The notes below the pieces were generated by a model that saw nothing but the letters and a program-made list of their open reading frames with translations, did not search any database and had not been told where the DNA came from. A program made the position numbers and the translations under genes. DNA of 64,000 bases from Promethearchaeota archaeon (GTDB taxonomy: Archaea > Asgardarchaeota > Lokiarchaeia > Sigyniarchaeales > SOKP01): the NCBI GenBank assembly GCA_048940445.1, contig JBHLON010000013.1, positions 15,817-79,816 on the forward strand, given 5' to 3'. Within the stretch, counting starts at the first letter, position 1, and every line of letters begins with the position of its first letter. Below, piece after piece: positions 1-8,701 of this stretch.

Positions 1-53
1 TTAACATAGAAATACTCAAAATAGTCATAAATCAATTCTCATGAATTTACTAA

Positions 54-182
54 TGGGCTACAAGAAATCACCATTTCTACGAAAATAATGGTTACAAACT
101 TGTTAGTAAAAAATTTGATAAAGAAGAAAATATCATGACATATTACTTTGAAAAAATCGTAAATTTCAATAATCCAAAATAA
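54..182 (+). pseudogene. C-terminal remnant of a GNAT-type acetyltransferase
   Basis: Frame reads WATRNHHFYENNGYKLVSKK...YYFEK*, resembling GNAT motif B (N..FY.K.G[FY]). In-frame stops lie immediately upstream (TAA 51-53). Confidence 0.5.
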
Positions 183-229
183 ATTCTTTCATATAATTTA
201 AAAGATTTTGCCTAAAATTAGATTATACT

Positions 230-667
230 ATGGAAGAATTACCTAATGAAGCTTTGCCAACCAATCAAATTGAAGCTCAAGGAATGATGATTAAAAGTTT
301 TTATAGAAAATTTGGGAAGGAAGCATTACCACTGATCAAAGAAGTATGTAGAAAACAAGGGCGAGCTTTGGGCTTAAAGATTAAAACTAAACTCTCTGAT
401 ACTAAGTTATCAACTGTTGCGATGGCTTTCTCAAAAAGTTTTGACCAGAGATACGTCACGGTAATATCAGTATCAGATAATGAATTCCACATTCAAGGTA
501 CTAAATGCCCTTTTGGATTAGAAAACACATCACGAGAACTATGTGAAACTGTAATGGAAATAGATCATGAATACTTTCGCGTAGCTGTGAATAATAATAT
601 AAAATTAGAGATTTTAAATACTGTTGCTGAAGGAGATTCTTGCTGTAATACTATATATAAAATTTGA
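230..667 (+). CDS. V4R / ATC-hydrolase-like small ligand-binding protein
   Basis: 145 aa with the CPFG...LC...D...GDSCC pattern typical of the V4R/ATC hydrolase fold. Confidence 0.65.
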   Translation: MEELPNEALPTNQIEAQGMMIKSFYRKFGKEALPLIKEVCRKQGRALGLKIKTKLSDTKLSTVAMAFSKSFDQRYVTVISVSDNEFHIQGTKCPFGLENTSRELCETVMEIDHEYFRVAVNNNIKLEILNTVAEGDSCCNTIYKI

Positions 668-715
668 ATAAAAAGAAAAAAAATATTAAAATTTGACACT
701 GATTATTCTCTCGGT

Positions 716-922
716 TTACATCATACCGATAGCAAGTTTCATATCAGCCTGAGTTACCTTCTTTCGGCCAGAGTGCTTAGCAATGTCTAACGCGCATGTT
801 GTAAGTTCTTTTGCATATTCTTCTAAATAATCCATTAATTTATCAACTGCAGCACGACTTACAATCTCAGCACCAGCTTTTTTCATTAAAGAACGCAATG
901 GTGACCAGGCAAATGCAGCCAT
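716..922 (-). CDS. Archaeal histone (tailless, HMf-like)
   Basis: 68-aa histone fold: PLRSLMKKAGAEIVSRAA...AKHSGRKKVTQADM; GGAGG SD-like sequence upstream. Confidence 0.95.
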   Translation of the reverse strand: MAAFAWSPLRSLMKKAGAEIVSRAAVDKLMDYLEEYAKELTTCALDIAKHSGRKKVTQADMKLAIGMM

Positions 923-971
923 TTTTTATTCCTCCACTTTTTAATTTTTTTGATAATTTTTTTAGAGAAGA

Positions 972-995
972 GTTAAATTTTTCATAAAATTTAAC
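972..995. promoter_or_regulatory. Perfect 10-bp inverted repeat upstream of the histone gene
   Basis: GTTAAATTTT-tcat-AAAATTTAAC, between a TTTAAATA TATA-like box (minus strand, about 1024-1031) and the histone start. Confidence 0.3.
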
Positions 996-1422
996 ATTCT
1001 TATTTTTAAATTGTTATTACTTATATTTAAACATGTTGGTTGATGGTGTGAATCTGAATGATAAGGTCATCCACTTTCGGTCGACAAAAAAGTTTGGTGA
1101 TACAAAAAATATTTTTTTTAACTTATGATATGTAATATAACAATTTGATCAATTTTTGTTTTCAAATAGTAATGTTTTATCTACAATTAGATTTAGAATG
1201 AGATAATCTGGAAGAATTCCTGAATATTATTCAAATGTATATAAATACTAATAAAACATTTTATATATTTTGATTATGGAATTTTACAATTGCCATCCTA
1301 GTAATGATTACATGAACTATAAATATAATCTGACAGAGATAAAGAAACTTTATTAACATTGAGTTATTTTATATATGTGAAAATTAAAATTATTTTTAAA
1401 AAATTTTTATAAATACATTAAT

Positions 1423-1602
1423 TTAATCATCTATCATTCTTTTATGGCTCTTAGAGCATGTTTCATAAGTACAATCATAAAAACCCTCTTCCCAATCTTC
1501 TGTGGTGTTATAATGTTCCCAACAATATATTTTATCACATTCAGGGCAACAAGCATTTAATCGTTCATATGCATGATACTTTTTTATGAACCCATGAATT
1601 CC
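1423..1602 (-). pseudogene. Start-less remnant of a Cys/His-rich zinc-finger-like protein
   Basis: Frame GIHGFIKKYHAYERLNACCPECDKIYCWEHYNTTEDWEEGFYDCTYETCSKSHKRMIDD*, preceded by in-frame TAG TAA, with no usable start at the 5' end. Confidence 0.55.
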
Positions 1603-1814
1603 TTACTAATAAAAATAAGAAAATGGTCGTTTATAAATGGAGTGTTGAATGTTGAGTGTTTTTGGGCCACAATCGGAAAATAAATCTTTCTTGCTTATAA
1701 TAAATCAAGAATTTTTTAATTTATACAAAAAGACATAAAGATTTAAAATTGAATATATTGTTTTATCTATAAAGAAAATTTTTTTAATAATAGGCGGAAA
1801 TGTGAGATAATATA

Positions 1815-2390
1815 ATGTTTCAGCAAGAAGAAAAACCTGCGTATATATTCAAAATTTGCCTACTTGGACATGCTTTTGTAGGTAAAACATGCATAGCCAA
1901 AAGGCTATGTTGTGACACTTTTGATGCAGATACAACACTTACAATAGGAATAGATTTCTATACATATGATATGCCTATTATTATAGATGACAGAGAAACT
2001 TTTTTACGTTTCAGCATTTGGGATTTTGGAGGACAGGAACAATTTAAAAAAATGTTTAGCTATTACATACATGGAGCAAACGGAATCTTTTATGTTTTTA
2101 GTCTGAGTGATCTTAACAATACATTACTTGGTTTGGATTGGTGGAATGAACATTTACAAAAGCTAATACCCGAGGACATTCCAAAAATCTTGGTTGGGTG
2201 TAAACTTGATTTAATTAAAGACAAAAAAAGAGTAAACGATTTAGTAATCGAGAGCTTTCGAAAAAAGCATAACAATCTTCCTTATTACGCTACCTCAGCA
2301 AAAGAGAATGTAAATATAAGAAAGATTTTCGAAGAGATGGCAAAAATTATATTAGATAAAAATGAATTTGACTATGATAAGATTCTTTAA
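1815..2390 (+). CDS. Rab-like small GTPase (Ras superfamily)
   Basis: G1 GHAFVGKT, G2 TIGIDF, G3 WDFGGQE, G4 variant CKLD, G5 TSAK. Confidence 0.92.
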   Translation: MFQQEEKPAYIFKICLLGHAFVGKTCIAKRLCCDTFDADTTLTIGIDFYTYDMPIIIDDRETFLRFSIWDFGGQEQFKKMFSYYIHGANGIFYVFSLSDLNNTLLGLDWWNEHLQKLIPEDIPKILVGCKLDLIKDKKRVNDLVIESFRKKHNNLPYYATSAKENVNIRKIFEEMAKIILDKNEFDYDKIL

Positions 2391-2424
2391 ATTACGTTCT
2401 ATTTTTTAAAAAAACACATCTAAA

Positions 2425-3381
2425 TCAAACTATAGCAAGTATTACTCCAATAATTGTCAGTAATACTCCTAAAAACCCAATTTTAGTGATTTTTTCTTTA
2501 TTCACCCAATAAGTTAAGGGTAGTGAAAATAGTGGGCTTGCACTAGCGATTAGTGACATTACTGCTGCTCCCGCGGTTCTAGCAGCTTCGGTATATAAAT
2601 AAGCTCCCAAGGAGGTGCCAATTATGGATGCTATAATCAAAAATGCCCATATTTTTGGAGTCTTTTTTTGTAGAGGTATAATTTTTCCTTTGATGTAATA
2701 TACTCTTTCTGTAAGAACCATTGAGAACAAAATTAGTAAAGCAAACGGAAATCTGATTACATTTCCTATTATAGAACTTAAACCCCCTATATTTAGGCTT
2801 TTATCAATTTCATTTGTAGCAAAATCTATCATTACTAATCCAATTGCCCATGTTACGGCAGCAATCAACGCAAACATAATAGCTCTAAATGAAGTTGTTG
2901 ATAATAAATTTTTAATCTCTTTTCGTGAATTGTATGATTCACTCCTTTCTGAAGAAATTTTAGTCTTACTGATAATAATTATTCCAACACTGATGAATAT
3001 CAATGATAAAACTAAATTAACTTTAAGTGGATGATTTAAGAAGATTAGCGAGAAAATAAGAGTGAAAAAAGGAAATGTCATCGAGATTGCTAAAGTTAGA
3101 GTGGTCCCTAACCTTTTTTGAGCTTGGAAATAAGACGTATCTCCAATTACTTGTCCAAATAGAAAACTTAAGCATAAAATAATCCATAATTCAATAGGTA
3201 ATAAAAAAATAGCAAAAAGACTTTGATAGATAAGTGATAAAATAAGAAATGTAATTGTTCCAATAGCTGTTCGAATAAAATTAATAAATATAGGACTAGC
3301 TTCTTTCTCTGTTCTTCGAAATATTACATTTGATATTACGAAAGAAAATACTGCTAAAATAGCAATCCATTCACCAGCCAT
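2425..3381 (-). CDS. DMT/EamA family transporter
   Basis: About 10 TM helices in two EamA-like halves; GDTSYF, ASPLFSLPL..EKIT motifs. Confidence 0.88.
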   Translation of the reverse strand: MAGEWIAILAVFSFVISNVIFRRTEKEASPIFINFIRTAIGTITFLILSLIYQSLFAIFLLPIELWIILCLSFLFGQVIGDTSYFQAQKRLGTTLTLAISMTFPFFTLIFSLIFLNHPLKVNLVLSLIFISVGIIIISKTKISSERSESYNSRKEIKNLLSTTSFRAIMFALIAAVTWAIGLVMIDFATNEIDKSLNIGGLSSIIGNVIRFPFALLILFSMVLTERVYYIKGKIIPLQKKTPKIWAFLIIASIIGTSLGAYLYTEAARTAGAAVMSLIASASPLFSLPLTYWVNKEKITKIGFLGVLLTIIGVILAIV

Positions 3382-3392
3382 CTAGTTTTTAA

Positions 3393-3983
3393 TCACTCGC
3401 TGTTGTCTATATCTAATTTTGTATTGCATTTATAACAATATTTAGGAACTGATTTGAAATGGGTTCCACAATTAGGACAGGTTATAGTCGTCTCTTTTTG
3501 AATAATTTCAAAGTCTTCCTCAGTTATGTTTGAATCTTTCTTAAATAATTTTGCAACTATTAGAGCAAGTCCGATTGAAAATAACTCTATTACAATGCAT
3601 AAAATAATCGTTTTTGTTATAAGATTGGGAAACTCTAAATTGAAATATTCACGGGAATATCTGAATAAAAATACATAAAAGAAAAAGTTTGGTAGAAAGA
3701 AAGTTAATAGATTCAATGAATAAACTTTTCTGAAATTTCTATAAATAAAAATTGGGATTAAAGATACTAAAAGCCATATAGAATAAATTAGCAGTAAACC
3801 TGACCACCCATTATACAAAACATAATTTGCTAAAAATTGAATAATTTGGCGCTGTTCATTAGAAATAGTACTATCAAACCTTATATTAAATTGATATTGA
3901 AAAAGAAATAACAACAAGCTTAAAATTGAGAATTGAATACAAAAAATCACGAATTTATTCTCAAGTATTCTGATTAATTTCAT
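3393..3983 (-). CDS. Membrane protein with C-terminal zinc ribbon
   Basis: About 4 hydrophobic segments, then CPNCG...PKYCYKC. Confidence 0.8.
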   Translation of the reverse strand: MKLIRILENKFVIFCIQFSILSLLLFLFQYQFNIRFDSTISNEQRQIIQFLANYVLYNGWSGLLLIYSIWLLVSLIPIFIYRNFRKVYSLNLLTFFLPNFFFYVFLFRYSREYFNLEFPNLITKTIILCIVIELFSIGLALIVAKLFKKDSNITEEDFEIIQKETTITCPNCGTHFKSVPKYCYKCNTKLDIDNSE

Positions 3984-4120
3984 AATTACTAAATTTAATG
4001 TAGCAAAAAATTAAATCCTTTTAAAAAAGTAAATTAAATCTTAACTTACTAATAATCCTTAAAAATTTTCTTTAAAATATAAAACATATTATAAAAAGCC
4101 AAAATGTAAATAATAATAGA

Positions 4121-5104
4121 ATGAATGAAGCCGATTTTCAAGAATATTTGAAAAAAAAAGAAGTTGATGAAACCACAATTAATAATTATCTATTGAGATT
4201 AAGAGACTATGAAAAATATCTTAATAATTTAAATCTAACACTAGAGAAAGTAGAACCAAATAATCTTGCTGAATATACAGAACATTTAGTTTCTATTGAT
4301 CAAGATTCTGTTATAGAGTTTCTTAGAGCAATTATTAATTATGCAAATTATATTAAAAAGTATGACTTTATTACAGAAGTTATAGATATTTCTGAATCCT
4401 ACAACGCAATGGATACTCTTTATTCAAGAATAGCTGAAGTTTATGGTGAGAAGACGAGAGATGATGTTTTTAAAGATTTGGTAATTCCTTCATTAGGAGT
4501 TCATCCCGAAAAAAAGCCTAGTTTCACTAAAGAAATTTTGAATAGAGTAGAAGCTAAACTTGGACATGAAAATACAATCAAACTTCTTTCACCTTGCCTT
4601 CATGGCCGCCCTCCCGATGATATTGAAGGAGATAAAAAAGCCCTAAAAGAGTTAGGAATTGATGGTTTTTTATTAAAAAAACATAGGGATTTAATTCAGA
4701 GACTAGAGAAACATAGAGATGAAGGTACATTAGAATTTGCTCAATATATCGATGAGAATGTCATAGAATATGTAAGAAACAATCAAATATTTGCTGGAGG
4801 TATAAGAGATGGAAATTATATTTACGTATCTAAACTTCCTTATCAAACAAGTAAATATTTAAATGCTAAAAATGAACAAATGAAAAAATTCTTTCTTTGT
4901 TACTGTCCTTGGATTCGGGGGGCATTCAAGGATGGAACTGAAACTGAAATCTTAAAAAATTTCTGCCATTGTAGCGCTGGCTGGTATAAACTCTACTGGG
5001 ATCAAATTTTTGAACAGCCAATAAAAGTTGAACCTATTGAAACTGCTTTAAATGGGGCCTTGGAATGCACTTTCTCTATAGAGATACCTAAAAGCTTCTT
5101 ATAA
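4121..5104 (+). CDS. DUF6144/V4R-like Cys-rich protein with integrase-SAM-like N-terminus
   Basis: C-terminal CYCP...FCHCSAGW...G...C.F pattern; N-terminal FQEYL....DETTINNYL..L.DY..YL helix pattern. Confidence 0.6.
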   Translation: MNEADFQEYLKKKEVDETTINNYLLRLRDYEKYLNNLNLTLEKVEPNNLAEYTEHLVSIDQDSVIEFLRAIINYANYIKKYDFITEVIDISESYNAMDTLYSRIAEVYGEKTRDDVFKDLVIPSLGVHPEKKPSFTKEILNRVEAKLGHENTIKLLSPCLHGRPPDDIEGDKKALKELGIDGFLLKKHRDLIQRLEKHRDEGTLEFAQYIDENVIEYVRNNQIFAGGIRDGNYIYVSKLPYQTSKYLNAKNEQMKKFFLCYCPWIRGAFKDGTETEILKNFCHCSAGWYKLYWDQIFEQPIKVEPIETALNGALECTFSIEIPKSFL

Positions 5105-5123
5105 GCACATAAGTAATAGAATA

Positions 5124-5170
5124 ATTCAAAATTTAAGCTTACACTTTTAGATTAACTTATTATAATATAA
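5124..5170 (+). repeat. 47-bp direct repeat, copy 1
   Basis: attcaaaatttaagcttacacttttagattaacttattataatataa; 42/47 identical to 7816-7862. Confidence 0.9.
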
Positions 5171-5384
5171 GATAAGAGAGACTCTTCACTTTTATAACTA
5201 AGCTTCCAATTTTCATACGGAAGCTTCAATAAATTGTGAATAAAGATGCTGGGATTGATGGTTAAATTCTTAAAAGAAATATGAATTTGACAAAAATATC
5301 AAAAAAGGTTACATTTATAAGTTCAAATTACTTAAAATTTTTGGATTAAATTTCCTAAAAAATTTAATCGGGGCGTTAAATAAA

Positions 5385-7763
5385 ATGTGTTATAAAAAGA
5401 GAACTCAAATTCTATTGGCTTTTATGATCATTTTTATGATCATGGGATCTGCCTTGAATTATTCAATGATTAGCAATTTAAATTCTACAGAAGGAAATAC
5501 AACGCTTAATAAAAGTAGAATCGATCAAAATGTCAGTAATGAAAATGGTTTTATTGAAGCTCTCGGAGATAAAAATACCGATGATGCTTCAAAAATTGCA
5601 GAGACTTATGAATTTTTAAGATCAAAGCTTTATTCTTTTATGCAAAAGGGGCAAGATATAACTGTAAGTAACTCACAATTCGAGACGGATGATAGCATAA
5701 TCAATACAGTAATAATTCAAACTGAAAATGAGACACATATAGAAACAATGACGTTTACCGCAACATTTGATAAAGACCAATATTCTGGGCCTTTATATGA
5801 TGATCTTGACTTCCTATTAACTCCTGATGATGTTGAACATCATTCAGCAATAACTTTCCCTCCAATACTATTGGGGTGGGAGTGGGGATGGTTGTATCAT
5901 TATGAGTGGAAATATGAAATTAAGATAAAAGTTTTGTGGTGGTGGGTCTCAATTTTTCGTGCCTACTTCGAAATTAAATTTGGTGCAAAGTTTCGATTTC
6001 AAATGCCAGTATCACTCACAGCAGACGTTCCCGAAACCATAATACCTGGTGAGACAGAAGAAATTGATTTGACTTTAACTGCTCTTGATATAGCAAATTA
6101 TAATGAATTAGACATATTTGCTGGACTTGTTCTTAAAGCAGGAGCGTTTGTACTAGGGGTAATAGGATTCGGCTATAATCTTGATTTTAGTTGGGAACAT
6201 GTTCAAAGTTTCCAAACTCCATTAAATCCACACATATGGTATCCTACGGACCCTATACGAATTGGTCTTATATCACTTGCCGCAAATTTTGCACCTATTT
6301 GGTTAAAGCCCATATTGAACTTTATCGCAGATAATCTTTTGGATGCTTCAATTTTTGTTTACCCAGGAATCGCTTCAAATTTGGTAACAGCGCAGGCTAC
6401 TGTTTATGGAACAGGAGTTACAATTAATGGTCAGAGGTCGCTACAAATCCAATGGACTCATAGTCCTTCCACATATATAATTCATCTAGCAACTACAGGA
6501 TATACAACAGATATAGTTTTAGCTTTATCAAGATTTACTATTCATCTTAATGAATTCTGGCTTAAATTTAAATTTGCTCTTGATTACAAATGGATATTTG
6601 AATGGATCCCTGGTTGGCCAGACTACTCCGAGATATATATAGGAGAATGGAAGTTTTCACTTCCAAATAATTTCTTTACCATGCAATCACCTCAGGCTGT
6701 TTATATTTCATTCGGCGTAACTCCACTAGAATACGGTGTCGAGTTAAGAGATATCAGTCCAAGCCCACAAGACGTAGAGGCTGGAGATATTGCAAATTAT
6801 ACGGTAGAAATTCAAAATACAGGAAATACTATCGATACATATGAGCTTTCAGTTGTAAGTGGAATAGATCCTGACTGGGTCATATTTTACCCTAAATATA
6901 TAACTCTTGGTCCTGATGAAATTAAAACCGTTGAAATGCTAGTTTACACTCCACGACATTATACTACACCAGCTGGCGAATATACATTTATAATCAATGC
7001 TACAAGTCTAGGAAGTCTAGAAGCCGATGATCCGAAATTCGATGATATTTCAGGAGTTGTCAATATTTTACCTTTCTATGATGTGGCTGTTAGAAGAACT
7101 TCTCAGTTTGAAACTGGATTAATCACGATTACAACCCAAGAGACTGATACTGTGGAATTTCAATTGCAGAACTTAGGTAACGTGGAAGATACTTTTTGGT
7201 TAAATATATCTTCTGACTTTGGTGAAGAATGCTTTAATTTTCCTGAAAGAGTAATACTCACACCTGGTGAAACAGAAACAGTACAAGTTGAAATTACTCC
7301 TCCGTTTGCTTATTCAACCTATTATGAAGCAATTTTAATAGCCACCAGCGAAAATGATGAGTCGATTCAAGATGATGGGAGTATAATCATACGAGTATTA
7401 CCTACATGCGATAGTATAATATACTTCTTAAACAATCTGCGAGATGAACTCGATAATATTTCTGACGCTGATTGGAGGCATCCTTCATCCCCTCTTAAAA
7501 AGGCTATGGATAATAAGATTAATGCACTAATTAATATTATGTCAGGATATAGTCCAGTTTATTACGAAGAAGCGTATGATAAGTTATTGTATGATATTAA
7601 ACCTAAATTGACAGGGTTGAAAACCAATGAGGAAGAAATTCCATGGGATGGCGGAATATTCAAAAATCCTTGGATAATTGATGATGTATATCAAGAGATC
7701 CTTAAGAACACATGTAACCTCTTACTAAACGATATCAAAATCTTAATTGAATTATCAACATAA
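5385..7763 (+). CDS. Secreted/surface protein with COG1470/CARDB-like Ig domains
   Basis: N-terminal signal/TM helix; two Ig-like repeats (IQNTGNTIDTYEL, LQNLGNVEDTFWL); helical C-terminal domain. Confidence 0.8.
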   Translation: MCYKKRTQILLAFMIIFMIMGSALNYSMISNLNSTEGNTTLNKSRIDQNVSNENGFIEALGDKNTDDASKIAETYEFLRSKLYSFMQKGQDITVSNSQFETDDSIINTVIIQTENETHIETMTFTATFDKDQYSGPLYDDLDFLLTPDDVEHHSAITFPPILLGWEWGWLYHYEWKYEIKIKVLWWWVSIFRAYFEIKFGAKFRFQMPVSLTADVPETIIPGETEEIDLTLTALDIANYNELDIFAGLVLKAGAFVLGVIGFGYNLDFSWEHVQSFQTPLNPHIWYPTDPIRIGLISLAANFAPIWLKPILNFIADNLLDASIFVYPGIASNLVTAQATVYGTGVTINGQRSLQIQWTHSPSTYIIHLATTGYTTDIVLALSRFTIHLNEFWLKFKFALDYKWIFEWIPGWPDYSEIYIGEWKFSLPNNFFTMQSPQAVYISFGVTPLEYGVELRDISPSPQDVEAGDIANYTVEIQNTGNTIDTYELSVVSGIDPDWVIFYPKYITLGPDEIKTVEMLVYTPRHYTTPAGEYTFIINATSLGSLEADDPKFDDISGVVNILPFYDVAVRRTSQFETGLITITTQETDTVEFQLQNLGNVEDTFWLNISSDFGEECFNFPERVILTPGETETVQVEITPPFAYSTYYEAILIATSENDESIQDDGSIIIRVLPTCDSIIYFLNNLRDELDNISDADWRHPSSPLKKAMDNKINALINIMSGYSPVYYEEAYDKLLYDIKPKLTGLKTNEEEIPWDGGIFKNPWIIDDVYQEILKNTCNLLLNDIKILIELST

Positions 7764-7775
7764 TTTTTTTTTTTT
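7764..7775 (+). terminator. Oligo-T archaeal terminator candidate
   Basis: Run of T immediately after the stop codon of 5385..7763. Confidence 0.45.
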
Positions 7776-7815
7776 AATTTTACTTCCTAAGAAGTAATAT
7801 ATCAGTTATAGGGTT

Positions 7816-7862
7816 ATTCAAAACTTAAGCTTACACTATTAGATTAATACATTATAATATAA
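7816..7862 (+). repeat. 47-bp direct repeat, copy 2
   Basis: attcaaaacttaagcttacactattagattaatacattataatataa; 42/47 identical to 5124-5170. Confidence 0.9.
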
Positions 7863-7986
7863 AATGATTTTTTAATTTGTTATCTCAATCTATCACAAGA
7901 AATATTTAATATTTTAGAAGGAATTGATTAAAATATTCGAATAGATATTTTTAGTGATTATAAAAGTTAGTGAGGTAAAAGATAAC

Positions 7987-8469
7987 ATGTCAAAATTTGT
8001 TAATGTCGAAATCCACGAGAAAATAGCAAAAGGTGCATTCAATAAGACATGGGATTATCTAGATAAAAAAGATAGAACAGATGAAGATAATCTAAATATG
8101 ATTCATACGGCTCACACTTCAAGGTATCATTGGGGTGTTTTAGTCTCTAACGGAAACGGTGGGCCAATTAATCTTCAGAGAGGAGAGTGGATCATCTCTC
8201 GTGTCTATTCAGTTTTAGGAAGAGGCGAACCGGCCTTATATCATGCAAAAAAATGTTTAAAACTGACAGAAGAAAATAACATCAATGATTTTGATCTCGC
8301 TTTTGCGTATGAGGCTATGGCTAGAGCTTCAGCGTTAATGCAAAACAAAAAAGAATTCGAAAAATTTAATAAACTCGCACTGAAGGCGGGAGAAGAAATC
8401 AAGAAAAAAGAAGATAAGAAATATTTCTTCGAGGATTTCAACGGAGGTTCATGGTTTGGTATGAAATAA
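7987..8469 (+). CDS. Conserved helical hypothetical protein
   Basis: MIHTAHTSRYHW, RGEWIISRVY, FDLAFAYEAMARA motifs. ATG 7987 has a GAGGT SD upstream, so it is preferred over GTG 7954. Confidence 0.75.
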   Translation: MSKFVNVEIHEKIAKGAFNKTWDYLDKKDRTDEDNLNMIHTAHTSRYHWGVLVSNGNGGPINLQRGEWIISRVYSVLGRGEPALYHAKKCLKLTEENNINDFDLAFAYEAMARASALMQNKKEFEKFNKLALKAGEEIKKKEDKKYFFEDFNGGSWFGMK

Positions 8470-8701
8470 ATTATCTTTTTTCTTTTTTTTTAAAAAATGC
8501 ATTAAAATTGTGCCTAAAACGTAAAATTTTTAATATTTGCTTGCTTTTTATTCTTACAGTGCTGGGTTCATTAAACTATTTCTTTAGAACCAAATTTATT
8601 ACCACTTTAAGAGGATGTTATCTTCTATATTATTTTCTTGTTTTTCACAAAGAATGATTCAACTTGATAGTTATAATTAAATTTTAAGAGGATTAAATGA
8701 A

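Noticed and set aside
1038-1075. Resemblance of GATGGTGT to a fluoride riboswitch
   Set aside because: The pseudoknot partner (ACACC) is absent and there is no adjacent crcB-type gene
5200-5227. AAGCTTCC...GGAAGCTT hairpin
   Set aside because: A single 8-bp stem with no second copy; function cannot be supported
8451-8657. 68-aa hydrophobic ORF before rpoA1
   Set aside because: Overlaps the upstream stop, T-tract and probable promoter region; hydrophobicity is explained by T-richness
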